DNA of 64,000 nt, taken from the NCBI GenBank assembly GCA_041650735.1, contig JBAZKP010000001.1:35076-99075 (forward strand). Reading direction: 5' to 3'. Positions 28,101 to 37,390 of this stretch are shown piece by piece (within the stretch, counting starts at the first letter, position 1; each line of letters begins with the position of its first letter). The notes under the pieces were generated by a model. The model did not search any database and was not told the DNA's origin. It saw only the letters and a program-made list of their open reading frames with translations. Source of the DNA: an archaeon. GTDB taxonomy: Archaea > Iainarchaeota > Iainarchaeia > Iainarchaeales > JAAZKV01. A program made the translations under genes and the position numbers.

Positions 28101-29087
28101 TTAAAGCTTTTTTCTTAAAATATTAAAAATTTCATCAAAAACTTGTTTAGGCTCTGCACATCCTTTCCATTGTGCAGCACCAGAATGCCCGCCGATTTCT
28201 CCACCAACCTTTTCATTCAAAGGAATCAATAAATGTTTTACAAGATTAAACTTATTTTTATCCCTAAACTCAGTTTCAACTCTTGCAGAAAGATTGGTTA
28301 AACCATCTTTTTCCTTTCCACAAACAATCGCAATATGCGCACCAAAATCAAGGAGCTTTGTTGCAGCAGCACCCTGATAAAAAGACAATTCACTTGTCAC
28401 AACAACCGCAGAACCAATTTTTTGTATCTGTGCACGCTGAGCAGCCTTAAGAAAAGCAATCCTCTCATCATCAGGAGCCCTATGCTTCGCATAATGCAAA
28501 ACATCCGCATAAATTTTTCCTGAATTTTTTAGAGAACAAGCAAATGATTCAAAGGATTTTGGGTTACCAACAAGAAAATGACCCGTATCCTCAACAATAC
28601 CAATACAATTCCAAAAATTCATTTGCTTATCAAAATACGTGTCCAAGAAATTGTAAATAACTTCTGTTGTTGAAACACAAGACTCATCAGTAACACACAA
28701 TCCGTTTGAAGAAATGCATTTCTTTTCAGGTACATGATGATCAAAAACCATTACAAGAAACTCCTTCTTCCTCAATGCTCTCTCAAATTCTTTTCGAAGC
28801 CTGCCGAGCTGCTCAAAGCCATTCAAATCAAAAAGCATTACAATCCCAAAATCCTTCAAATCAGGATTTACTTGGAAAGAAATTTTTTCAGTAAAAGCAA
28901 AATGCTGGGCCTGCTCATTAATATGCTTAGGAACCCCAACCATGGATTTAATTCCCTGCTTTTTTAGGAACCGCTGCATTATTGCAGCAGAACAAAAAGA
29001 ATCAAGGTCAGCGTTTTCATGAGCAAGCAAAAGGACATTTTTGTGCTTACACAAAGAAACAATTTTTTTCAAAGAGAATTCTGGCAT
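28101..29087 (-). CDS. DHH/DHHA1 phosphoesterase (NrnA/RecJ-like)
   Basis: 'LLAHENADLDS', 'MVFDHHV', 'VEDTGHF', DHHA1 'GGHSGAAQ'. Confidence 0.75.
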   Translation of the reverse strand: MPEFSLKKIVSLCKHKNVLLLAHENADLDSFCSAAIMQRFLKKQGIKSMVGVPKHINEQAQHFAFTEKISFQVNPDLKDFGIVMLFDLNGFEQLGRLRKEFERALRKKEFLVMVFDHHVPEKKCISSNGLCVTDESCVSTTEVIYNFLDTYFDKQMNFWNCIGIVEDTGHFLVGNPKSFESFACSLKNSGKIYADVLHYAKHRAPDDERIAFLKAAQRAQIQKIGSAVVVTSELSFYQGAAATKLLDFGAHIAIVCGKEKDGLTNLSARVETEFRDKNKFNLVKHLLIPLNEKVGGEIGGHSGAAQWKGCAEPKQVFDEIFNILRKKL

Positions 29088-29130
29088 ATAATCGGAAATA
29101 ACTAGTATAAAGTAGTTATTATAATTTACT

Positions 29131-29167
29131 AAAAGAAATTAAAGGCTTGTATTTTTCAACACAAGCC
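29131..29167 (-). terminator. Hairpin plus T-rich tract downstream of pfdB
   Basis: 7-bp stem GGCTTGT/ACAAGCC (29144-29167), followed on the minus strand by TTTAATTTCTTTT. Confidence 0.4.
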
Positions 29168-29176
29168 AATGAAAAA

Positions 29177-29551
29177 TTATTTCTTTTTCTTTTCATTCTT
29201 TTCTTCTTTTTCCTGAGCCTCTTCTTTTCCTGCGCCTTCAACTTTTACTCTTATTGCATTAAGTTTTTTAATTAAATTTTCTTCCTGTTTTTCAAGGGTT
29301 TTTAACCTAAGATCAGTGCTTTCTTTTTTATCCTTCAACTCTTTCTCCATTTCCTTTGTATCTTTTAAAAACAAAACATTTCCAACAACCTTGTAAACAG
29401 TTTTTTCCTTTGTCTTAGTCATTTCTTCAAGAGAAGCATTAATCATTTCAAGCTGGAAAGCAATTTGCTGCTTCTGTGCAGAAACACTTCCAAGCACCTG
29501 TCTGTTTCTCTCAAACTCAAGGATCATTGCCCTCTGTTCTTCTTCATTCAT
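29177..29551 (-). CDS. pfdB: Prefoldin beta subunit
   Basis: Two coiled-coil arms around 'VYKVVGNVLFLKD'. The position at the end of the exosome superoperon fits. Confidence 0.75.
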   Translation of the reverse strand: MNEEEQRAMILEFERNRQVLGSVSAQKQQIAFQLEMINASLEEMTKTKEKTVYKVVGNVLFLKDTKEMEKELKDKKESTDLRLKTLEKQEENLIKKLNAIRVKVEGAGKEEAQEKEEKNEKKKK

Positions 29552-29577
29552 TCCAATTCCTCCAAAAAATCAATACA

Positions 29578-29811
29578 CTAAATGCCTTCAATTTGTTCAA
29601 ACAACAAAAGCGGCTTTAACAAAGAGTTAAGCGAAGCCCTTAAAGCTGTTTTGTCTGAAGCACTAACCCTAATATCAAGTAATTCACTCTTTTGTGCAAT
29701 TGTGATCTTGCTTCGCAAGAATTCTTCGCCCAATTCCGGCTGAATTGATTTAAAAAACCGTTTCGCCTGGTCCTTTGAATCAAAATCCAAGCTCACTTCA
29801 AGCAAAAACAT
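29578..29811 (-). CDS. pcc1: KEOPS subunit Pcc1
   Basis: 'IRVSASDKTALRASLNSLLKPLLLFEQ' matches the Pcc1 'D..ALRa..NS.L' helix. The neighbourhood is conserved. Confidence 0.7.
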   Translation of the reverse strand: MFLLEVSLDFDSKDQAKRFFKSIQPELGEEFLRSKITIAQKSELLDIRVSASDKTALRASLNSLLKPLLLFEQIEGI

Positions 29812-29867
29812 AAATATAAAAAAAACTATTAATTAATTTTTTACTTGTTTAAAAAAAATTAATCTGT

Positions 29868-29993
29868 TTTAATTGATTTTGATATTGGTTCCCTTGTTTT
29901 GTAAAGAATTCTATGACCACAAGAAGGACATCTTACAAGACCTTCTGAAACATTCTGAACCTCTGTTCCGCATTTAGCACATTTGTAAGCCAT
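29868..29993 (-). CDS. rpoP: RNA polymerase subunit P (Rpo12), 41 aa; below the ORF-track size cut-off
   Basis: Hand translation: MAYKCAKCGTEVQNVSEGLVRCPSCGHRILYKTREPISKIN*. It is a CxxC..CxxC zinc ribbon in the expected slot between L37Ae and Pcc1. Confidence 0.8.
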
Positions 29994-30002
29994 AAAACCA
30001 CC

Positions 30003-30422
30003 TTAGTTCTCCTCTTCTACTTTAGTTACATTTTCTTCTTTCTTTTTCTTGAATTTTTTTTCTTCGCTTGGCTCTTCAGTAGTCAAAGCTTTTTCCACTT
30101 CTCTTTCAATATCTGAAAAAGAAGATTCTTTTGCTTTAACTAATTCTTCCGCACCAGCAATAAATTGTTTCTGTGAAACCATTTTGTTAATTGTTTTTCC
30201 AACAAGTGTTTGTGGCTCATAAGCTCCGCCAGTAAATTTAGCTTCGCATTTCCTACAACCATATAATCCAGGCGCAACTCTTTTTATTTTAGCAAAACCG
30301 CAAAAAGGACAATTAATAGGCAAATTAGCTTTCCTTTCAACAGCCAAAACTCTTTTCTTTATTCCAACACCATATCTAGAACTGAATCTTCCTGTTGTAC
30401 CAACTTTTTTAGTATTACCCAT
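30003..30422 (-). CDS. rpl37ae: Ribosomal protein L37Ae (eL43) with about 50-aa acidic/Lys-rich C-terminal extension
   Basis: 'GTTGRFSSRYGVGIKK', zinc ribbon 'CPFCG..CRKC'. Confidence 0.9.
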   Translation of the reverse strand: MGNTKKVGTTGRFSSRYGVGIKKRVLAVERKANLPINCPFCGFAKIKRVAPGLYGCRKCEAKFTGGAYEPQTLVGKTINKMVSQKQFIAGAEELVKAKESSFSDIEREVEKALTTEEPSEEKKFKKKKEENVTKVEEEN

Positions 30423-30518
30423 TAACGCTCACCAATACAAATTTATCAAATACAAAGCTTTAAAAACTTCAAGCAAGGGTCCCAAAAATCAGGGACTCTG
30501 CCTAAAGTTAAGCTTTAC

Positions 30519-31319
30519 TTAATTCTTCACCATTTTTAACAATTTTTTTCTATTTTCTGTAGCTATTACGAAAGCCTTATCCACCATTAAATTTATTTCT
30601 TCAGCAGTGAATGACCCTCCGATTCCTTTCTGCATTGCAGACATAAAACCATCTTCAGTTGTTGCAACCGAATAACGCGCTTCAGCAGCCTTTTCTTCCA
30701 AGTAAGTAGGGTCAACCATTATTTTTCCACCTACTTTCACGAAAGTTGTTAGCAAAGGAAGCCTCTTTAATTCAAGTTTTCCTGCATACTCGTGCTTAAT
30801 TATTTTGTTCTTCTCATTAAGCTTAGGCATTTTTGCATTCAAAAATGCTGCTAACCCTGCGATAGAACCTGCATCAAACAAATTGCCATCAGCGTTTATT
30901 GCATAGAAATCCATGAAAGCAATCCAACAAGCCTCGCCTGATTTAATACAAAGCTTTTCGAAATCAATTGCTTTGCTTTCCCTAATACCTCTATCAACAA
31001 CTCTTGCCACTTCAATTTCATCAAGTGAAGGTGGTCCTGACTCATATTCAGAGTGAGCTAATGGACCTAATTCAGCTCCAACAGAAATTGCTCCCTCATC
31101 CGGATTATCGGGATAAGGCTTATCTACAGCAATTTTTATTCCTGCAATAACCTCTGTCTGTCCAAGCAAAACTCTTGCCGAGCCTTCCGCATTCTTATAC
31201 TTGTCTGTTTCAATTGTGAAATCACGCATTTGGTCAAGAGTTCTTCCATCAAGCCTCTTTCCTTGTTTCGCAAGTTCAATTACTTTAGACAAATCGTATT
31301 CAAGTACAGTTGTCCTCAT
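30519..31319 (-). CDS. rrp42: Exosome complex component Rrp42
   Basis: RNase PH-like fold: 'RLDGRTLDQMRDFTIE', 'AEGSARVLLGQTEVIAGIK'. ATGA overlap with rrp41. Confidence 0.85.
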   Translation of the reverse strand: MRTTVLEYDLSKVIELAKQGKRLDGRTLDQMRDFTIETDKYKNAEGSARVLLGQTEVIAGIKIAVDKPYPDNPDEGAISVGAELGPLAHSEYESGPPSLDEIEVARVVDRGIRESKAIDFEKLCIKSGEACWIAFMDFYAINADGNLFDAGSIAGLAAFLNAKMPKLNEKNKIIKHEYAGKLELKRLPLLTTFVKVGGKIMVDPTYLEEKAAEARYSVATTEDGFMSAMQKGIGGSFTAEEINLMVDKAFVIATENRKKLLKMVKN

Positions 31320-32194
31320 TTTTTCACCTTCTTAGCTTTTACTTCTTTAGTTTCCTTTTTGGATTCCTTTTCCTGCTTTGCTTCTTTTACTTGAGAAACA
31401 TTTTTAGCATTTTCTTTTCCGGCTATTCCGGCTTCTACATTCGCTTCTGATAATTCAGTGAGCTTGTATTTTTCCTGCAAAGCTTTTTTCTGAACCTCAT
31501 AAACCTGCTTGCATGCTTTCATTGCCATAGGCAATATTTTATCAAGCTCTTCTTTCTTCAGCAATCCATCCATCTGGAACAAAACAATTTCTTCAGAGTT
31601 AGGCAATATTCCTATAGGAATATCAACAGCATCAGAAGCATCTTCTTCTTCCTTGTTCAAATCAACAATTAATTCATTGAACGCTTTTCCTACTCCTGTA
31701 GCAGCAACCAAATCTCTCATCGGGATTCCTGCATCTGCTAAAGCGCATGAAGCTGCTGTTAAACAAGCAACTCTTGAACCTGCATTAGAATCAACAACTT
31801 CCACGAACACCCCTATTTCTGTATTAGGAAATTGTTCTGTGAAAACAGCTTTATCCAAAGCTTCTCCCAAAACTTTTGAGATTTCATAATCTCTCCTATT
31901 GGGCCGAGGTTGTTTTCTTTCAGGAACAGAGAATGTTGTCATTCTGTAATTCACTTTCACAACAGCCTTGTAAGGATTCTGTGTGTGTTTAGGCAAAGCT
32001 TCTCTTGGCCCAAAGACAGCAGCATAAACCTTGTTCTGTCCCCACTCAAGATAAGCTGAACCGTCAGCATTAGGCAAAACACCTACTTTAATGCTTAATG
32101 GTCTTAACTCATCCATTTTTCTTCCATCTACTCTTTTTTTCTCCTTCTTATAATCCGGAGCATCATCTCTTTGTTTTCCACTCATGTAATTCAC
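31316..32194 (-). CDS. rrp41: Exosome complex exonuclease Rrp41 with Lys-rich tail
   Basis: 'RVDGRKMDELRPLSIKVGVLPNADGSAYLEWGQNKVYAAVFGPRE'. The C-terminal ~45 aa are K/E-rich. Confidence 0.88.
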   Translation of the reverse strand: MNYMSGKQRDDAPDYKKEKKRVDGRKMDELRPLSIKVGVLPNADGSAYLEWGQNKVYAAVFGPREALPKHTQNPYKAVVKVNYRMTTFSVPERKQPRPNRRDYEISKVLGEALDKAVFTEQFPNTEIGVFVEVVDSNAGSRVACLTAASCALADAGIPMRDLVAATGVGKAFNELIVDLNKEEEDASDAVDIPIGILPNSEEIVLFQMDGLLKKEELDKILPMAMKACKQVYEVQKKALQEKYKLTELSEANVEAGIAGKENAKNVSQVKEAKQEKESKKETKEVKAKKVKK

Positions 32195-32212
32195 CTTTAA
32201 TCATTATCTCCT

Positions 32213-32932
32213 TTAGTTTGTTTCCTCTGATCCTGGTAAAACCTCAGATTCTTCTATAACCTCTGATTCCTCTACCTGCTGTGCCTTTCCAACACTCTCA
32301 TCCTTCTTTGGCACACTGACATTAATTCCTTCCGCTTTGAAAAAAGCTTCAACTGAATTAGTCAAATTACTTTTGTATGAATTGTCATTAACGAAAGTAA
32401 CAACTTTTCTGAGCAATTCACTATTTCCATTTCTAGCCCAAACTCTGCCATTCTTTCCAATAACAATATCGCATCCAGTGCCCTGCTTTAATAATTCAAG
32501 CATGGAACCGTTCTTTCCGATTAATCTTGGAGTCCTAACAGGAATAACTTCCACTACCTCTCCTCCAAACATTCTCCTCGGAAAACCCAAATCAGCTTCT
32601 CTTAACTCATTCACGTAAGATATTTTTGCTGAAATCAAGTCACCCATTTTTAGTTCCTCTCTCATAGCTGATTTTGGTATAAAAGATTCTGTGAAAGAAT
32701 TAATATTCACTCCATAACCTGCGAATACTACTCTACTCACTACCCCTATAACCACATCTTCCTGCTGAGGCATATATTTTCCTTCCAGAGGAACAACACT
32801 AGCCTTTTCGTCATCCAACTCTGTTATCCCAACTACTTTGGAATAAATTTTGCCATCAGAAACAAATACATTGCCTCCAAGGCGCTTCCTTTCCTGAGAA
32901 ACCATTTCCCCAGGTATTACCAATTTCTTCAT
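32213..32932 (-). CDS. rrp4: Exosome RNA-binding subunit Rrp4 (S1 + KH)
   Basis: S1 region 'GDVVIGVV', KH 'LIGKNGSMLELLKQGTGCDIVIGKNGRVW'. Confidence 0.85.
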   Translation of the reverse strand: MKKLVIPGEMVSQERKRLGGNVFVSDGKIYSKVVGITELDDEKASVVPLEGKYMPQQEDVVIGVVSRVVFAGYGVNINSFTESFIPKSAMREELKMGDLISAKISYVNELREADLGFPRRMFGGEVVEVIPVRTPRLIGKNGSMLELLKQGTGCDIVIGKNGRVWARNGNSELLRKVVTFVNDNSYKSNLTNSVEAFFKAEGINVSVPKKDESVGKAQQVEESEVIEESEVLPGSEETN

Positions 32933-33019
32933 TCATTCACCTTCATTAAAAATAATTATACTAATATAATCTTTCAAAAAATCCAATCCTGCTAACTCCA
33001 TTACTCAAATCAAAAACTT

Positions 33020-33721
33020 TTATTGCGCTGTTCCAATTATTTTAACAATAATATCCCCATGCGTTATTGAATTCAATTCATTCATTAAATCCTGTTTAGC
33101 TCCAGCAGGCAGTAAAAACTCTGCTGCTAAAGAACCATCATTTAACCATTCTTCTTTTCTCATCTCAAACTTGTGAATAATACTCGAACATCTCCCTGCA
33201 TATTGTGCAGGAATCTTAACTGCAAAATCAACTTTCTCCATCGAAATCGGAATAGTGTGCCTAATCGCTTTAACTATTTCCGTTACCTGTTCCTCCACAC
33301 TCTTAAACGCATCAATATGAACTTTTTCCTGCTCCATTGCATTCTCAATTCTTTGCGGAGGATGAGGAGCTTTTGTCTGCGGATTAATAGTGTTCCTTGA
33401 AATAAAATTAATTATTTCAAGACGCTTTTTTTCCAGCATTGTTCTCCTTTGTTCCGTTGTTAAATGAACCTCTCCATCCCGAATAATTTTTTTTACAATA
33501 ATACTCATATCCTCTGTTTGAAAAACTTTTTTCAAATTCTCAGGACTCTGCCCATCACCAATCTTTGAATCTTTAAAAACTCTATCACTCGCAAGCAATA
33601 AATCTAATGGAACATCCTTTCCGTGTTTTACATCCAACGCAAGATTCGGCTCAACAAGTATCTCAAACTTGAAACCAAACTTTTCCAGGCGCGCAATAAC
33701 CGCATCCTCAACCCTAACCAT
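33020..33721 (-). CDS. sbds: SBDS-family ribosome maturation protein
   Basis: '[16 protein letters not shown]', with the position between psmA and rrp4 as in other archaea. Confidence 0.85.
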   Translation of the reverse strand: MVRVEDAVIARLEKFGFKFEILVEPNLALDVKHGKDVPLDLLLASDRVFKDSKIGDGQSPENLKKVFQTEDMSIIVKKIIRDGEVHLTTEQRRTMLEKKRLEIINFISRNTINPQTKAPHPPQRIENAMEQEKVHIDAFKSVEEQVTEIVKAIRHTIPISMEKVDFAVKIPAQYAGRCSSIIHKFEMRKEEWLNDGSLAAEFLLPAGAKQDLMNELNSITHGDIIVKIIGTAQ

Positions 33722-33801
33722 GTTTTCTTCCTTCTAATCAAACTAATACCCGGGCTTTTTTCCTCAACCCAAGTTTAAAGTCAATTAATGTAAATGCATC
33801 C

Positions 33802-34524
33802 TTACTTGAATGCCTGTTTCAAATCTTTTTCAGATAAATGCCTGAAACCCTTTTTATCAATAACCGCAAACTCAACCCTTGAAAGAGTTATTTTTTCTTT
33901 TTCAGGAATACTTTTTTCAATAGCCTTGTAAGCCATTGTAATAGCATCATTCAGCGATAAATTTTCTTTAAAATCTTTTTCAAAAACTTCCATTGCTTTA
34001 TCCTTATTTCTTCCAATAGCAACTGCTTTATACTCAGCTAATGCTCCACTCGGCTCTGTTTCAAAAATCTTTGCACCCTTCTCGTCAAAGCCACCAATAA
34101 TAAAAGCTACTCCAAAAGGTCTTAATCCTCCGTACTGGGTAAAAGCTTGTTTTGTTTCAGCTATTTCCTTAGCCATAACCTCAACCTGAATATTCTCAGA
34201 ATAAACCATCTTGTTGTCCTGTGCCTGTCTCCTTGCAATTCCAACTAACCTTCTTGCATCCCCAACAAGTCCCGCAGAAACAACCGCAATATTATCATCA
34301 ATCTTAAATATTTTTTCAATAGAATCAGGAATAACTAACCTGCTCTGAATACTCTTATCAGCAGCAAGCACAACACCCTCACCGAAAACAATTCCTACCC
34401 CTGTAGTACCTTGCTCAACTATTTTAGAAGCGTATTCTACTTGGTATAATCTCCCATCAGGGGAAAACATTGTAGCTGCTTTGTCATAAGCAGGAACCTT
34501 TGAATTCTGCATCGGATACATCAA
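33802..34524 (-). CDS. psmA: Proteasome alpha subunit
   Basis: 'YDKAATMFSPDGRLYQVEYA' signature. Confidence 0.93.
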   Translation of the reverse strand: MMYPMQNSKVPAYDKAATMFSPDGRLYQVEYASKIVEQGTTGVGIVFGEGVVLAADKSIQSRLVIPDSIEKIFKIDDNIAVVSAGLVGDARRLVGIARRQAQDNKMVYSENIQVEVMAKEIAETKQAFTQYGGLRPFGVAFIIGGFDEKGAKIFETEPSGALAEYKAVAIGRNKDKAMEVFEKDFKENLSLNDAITMAYKAIEKSIPEKEKITLSRVEFAVIDKKGFRHLSEKDLKQAFK

Positions 34525-34682
34525 ATCACCATTAATTTTTTAAAAAATAAACCTAAAAACTATTATTTTTACCTTCCCTTTTCCTTAAAAAGAAATCGCT
34601 AAAAGCACACTAAAAAAAGTGCTAACCTTATTTCTTGTACAAAGTAATTAGAAAGAAGAATGTTTAAAAAGGTTATTTTGGG

Positions 34683-35330
34683 TTACTTTTTGTCCAAAAA
34701 ACTAATCGCTTTAATCAAGTCTTTTGGAACATGAATACGAAAAGGGACTGAAGAAACTCCTTTTTTGTACCCCCAACCATACTCTACCAACAAAATCTTT
34801 TCAATGCCCACTTCTTTTGCCGTGTGAAAATCCACATCCCTGTCCCCAATAACAACAACTTCATCAAAGGACAACTTTTTTTGCTTAACAATATTCTTCA
34901 TTGTTTCTCCTTTGTGAAACTCACTAACCTCAGTATCAGTTTTGCCTATAATTGCAGAAAAAAACTTTGCCAAAGAATTTTTTTGCATTTTTTTCTCAAC
35001 TTCCAACTGGTAATTAGATGAAATAATAACTAATTCATAATTTTTACTCAAATTCTCAAGCACTTCTTTTGTACCCGCAAAAACTGTCGGGTCCCGCTTT
35101 GCAGTTTCCTCTATGTAAATATCCTCAGCTCTGCGTTTTTCTTGTTCAGTTAAAATGCCGAGAGCTGCATATGTTTCAAGAAAGTTGTGACCATAAATAG
35201 CTGAAAATCCTTTAATGGTATTAGGAATATTTTTACCAAGATTAGCGCATATTTTCTTATAAGTATCATAAATACAAGGAAAGGAATCTACCAATACTCC
35301 ATCATAATCAAAAATAATTAGTTTAATCAT
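34683..35330 (-). CDS. HAD-superfamily hydrolase (phosphoglycolate-phosphatase-like)
   Basis: Motif I 'IIFDYDGVLVDS', motif II 'VIISSN', motif IV 'VVIGDRDVD'. Confidence 0.7.
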   Translation of the reverse strand: MIKLIIFDYDGVLVDSFPCIYDTYKKICANLGKNIPNTIKGFSAIYGHNFLETYAALGILTEQEKRRAEDIYIEETAKRDPTVFAGTKEVLENLSKNYELVIISSNYQLEVEKKMQKNSLAKFFSAIIGKTDTEVSEFHKGETMKNIVKQKKLSFDEVVVIGDRDVDFHTAKEVGIEKILLVEYGWGYKKGVSSVPFRIHVPKDLIKAISFLDKK

Positions 35331-35361
35331 ATCAAAGCCTTGTGCAATTGTAAAAAATTAT

Positions 35362-35721
35362 TCACTCAATCTTAGCATATTCTTTAAGCGTCTTTATTGT
35401 CCCTGAAGTAAGCAAAGGGTTAATGATTATTTTTTTGTTCCTAATCTTCTGGATAAAAGCTGTTCCTGCAATTAAATCAATTTCTTTTCCACGCCTGCAC
35501 TTAACAATAGCTTTGTTTCCTTTGAATAAAACAATTTTCGGATTAATTTCCGCTAAACCTTTTGAACCAAAAAATGAGAGCAAATCAATCCAAAAACCAA
35601 AGTAAAAATCCTTCTCCGCAACTTCCGCATTAAGGATTTCAAATAAAATATAGCGCTTACGCTCTCTTTTTGACAATGGGATAATTGCTTTCTTATTTTT
35701 TTCTATTTTCATTCCAATCAC
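35362..35721 (-). CDS. rnp2: RNase P protein component Pop5 (Rnp2)
   Basis: 'RERKRYILFEI', 'AIVKCRRG', 'TSGTIKTLK'. The position is conserved. Confidence 0.75.
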   Translation of the reverse strand: MIGMKIEKNKKAIIPLSKRERKRYILFEILNAEVAEKDFYFGFWIDLLSFFGSKGLAEINPKIVLFKGNKAIVKCRRGKEIDLIAGTAFIQKIRNKKIIINPLLTSGTIKTLKEYAKIE

Positions 35722-35732
35722 ATTTTTAAAAA

Positions 35733-36296
35733 TTATTTTAATTCCTCTTCCAAATATTCTTTTGCTTTTCCTTGAGGCAATCCAAGCAAAACAGCAAGTG
35801 ACTCTCTAACTTTAGGGGGCCTTAGCAGCAAAGGGTCTTTTGTTCCTGAAGCCACAACAAATTTTACATTCTTCATTTTGCAGTACCTTACAAGTTCAAT
35901 ATAATTTTTCCAGTACTGGTGTCTTTCAAAAGAATTAGCTTTTAATAATTCTTCAAACATTAATACAACAACTGTGTTATTGTTGCAAAGTTTTTGAGCT
36001 AAGCCAAGGTCAAAGAATTGTTTTTCGTTTGAGGGCTGAAGCAAATAATCCGCTTTCAATCTAACCGCAAGCTCGTTTGCCTTAACGCTCCCACCGACAA
36101 CAGCTTTTTTCTTTGAAGAAAGTTTTTGAATATCCGACTCAGGGGTTTTATCAGAAACCAAGTAACAAGGAGTAAAAGAATTTTGTTTTGCTACTTTCTC
36201 GTCTTTCTCATTAGTAACCAGAACAATTATTTGTTCCTTAAAATAAGTACTTACTTGCAGCAACTCTTTGAGCGGCTGGGTATAAACTATATCCAT
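35733..36296 (-). CDS. rnp3: RNase P protein component Rpp30 (Rnp3)
   Basis: Size and position between L15e and Pop5. C-terminal 'VVASGTKDPLLLRPPKVRESLAVLLGL' resembles the Rpp30 'sSgA....R.P' end. Confidence 0.65.
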   Translation of the reverse strand: MDIVYTQPLKELLQVSTYFKEQIIVLVTNEKDEKVAKQNSFTPCYLVSDKTPESDIQKLSSKKKAVVGGSVKANELAVRLKADYLLQPSNEKQFFDLGLAQKLCNNNTVVVLMFEELLKANSFERHQYWKNYIELVRYCKMKNVKFVVASGTKDPLLLRPPKVRESLAVLLGLPQGKAKEYLEEELK

Positions 36297-36335
36297 AAAA
36301 ATAAATTAATGAGCTTTGCCCAAAAATAAATTCAT

Positions 36336-36929
36336 TCAACCGAAATGACGATCAAGAGCTATTTTTGCTCTGTGTTTTCTCATATTCTTTTTATTATTTT
36401 CCTTATTTGATCTTCCAGCAAAAGTTTTTCCTCTCTCGGCTCTTCCCTGCTGGTTATGAGCTAAGTAAGCTAAATTCTTGTCGGATTGAATTGTTGGCGC
36501 ATTTCTGTCAGCCATTATAACTTCAAAATAATGCCACTGACCATCCTCAGCAACCTTGTATGAACCTAATGCTTCAGCATTCTCAAATCTCTTGGATGCT
36601 TTTTGTTCAGACATTCCCTGAGTACTAATTCTTCTTGATAATTTTGCCTGTCCTTGTCTCTTTGGTCTTCGCTTGTTTTTTGGTCTATGATGAAGACCTG
36701 TTCCTTTTCTTACTCTAACTCTAACAACAAAAATTCCCTGCTTTGCTTTGTAACCAACACTTCTTGCTGAAGTCAAATTAGTAGGATGATCTACTCTCTT
36801 AATAGCAGATTCATCATTCCTATATTCTAATCCGCGCTGCCTCATCATTGAAGCATAATCATAATTAGTATCCTTAACGCCCTTCCATTCATTCTGAAAA
36901 GCCTGCTTAATGTACTTTGCTGCGCCCAT
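36336..36929 (-). CDS. rpl15e: Ribosomal protein L15e
   Basis: 'MGAAKYIKQAF', 'KQGIFVVRVRVRKG', 'RRPKRQG'. Confidence 0.92.
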   Translation of the reverse strand: MGAAKYIKQAFQNEWKGVKDTNYDYASMMRQRGLEYRNDESAIKRVDHPTNLTSARSVGYKAKQGIFVVRVRVRKGTGLHHRPKNKRRPKRQGQAKLSRRISTQGMSEQKASKRFENAEALGSYKVAEDGQWHYFEVIMADRNAPTIQSDKNLAYLAHNQQGRAERGKTFAGRSNKENNKKNMRKHRAKIALDRHFG

Positions 36930-37036
36930 AAACTCACCATTTTAACAAAATAAGGGACTTAACCCACCAGTATACCAAAGATTCCTAAAAAAGCATTTAT
37001 AAAGCTAACTAATTCCTTTTAAAAAAACAAAACACT

Positions 37037-37345
37037 TTACGGTTTGTTCCTGCCATTTTTTAAAAAGGCTGGAAGACCAACCCTTTTTTTTGCATTTTCA
37101 ACAAAAACTCTTTTCCTATTAACTTGTGAATCATTTGAAGCTTGCAACCCAACAGGCCTATTTTTAGTGGAATTCCTAGCTGCCATTTCTTTTGCAAATG
37201 CTTTTAATTTTGGATTAGTAGGGACAAGTACCGCAGGCACACGATTAACGCCTTTCAAGAGCTTAGGGGCAAGCCCTGAAGCAGTACCAACAAAACCCAT
37301 AACAAAAGGGGGCCTTGGTTTTCCAAATGCTCTTTTTGTAACCAT
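37037..37345 (-). CDS. Hypothetical basic 102-aa protein
   Basis: The minus-strand frame from M38 is K/R/N-rich like native genes. The overlapping plus-strand ORF (37044-37382) is F/L-rich antisense-type. Confidence 0.35.
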   Translation of the reverse strand: MVTKRAFGKPRPPFVMGFVGTASGLAPKLLKGVNRVPAVLVPTNPKLKAFAKEMAARNSTKNRPVGLQASNDSQVNRKRVFVENAKKRVGLPAFLKNGRNKP

Positions 37346-37390
37346 AAAATCACTAAATATCTTTAAGCTTTGCCGTATATAAACCTCACT

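Noticed and set aside
37044-37382. 112-aa plus-strand ORF overlapping the 37037-37345 minus-strand ORF
   Set aside because: The plus frame is F/L-rich (antisense-type) and would overlap the promoter and start of the TtuA/NcsA-like gene. The minus frame has native-like K/R/N composition, although it is itself only weakly supported.
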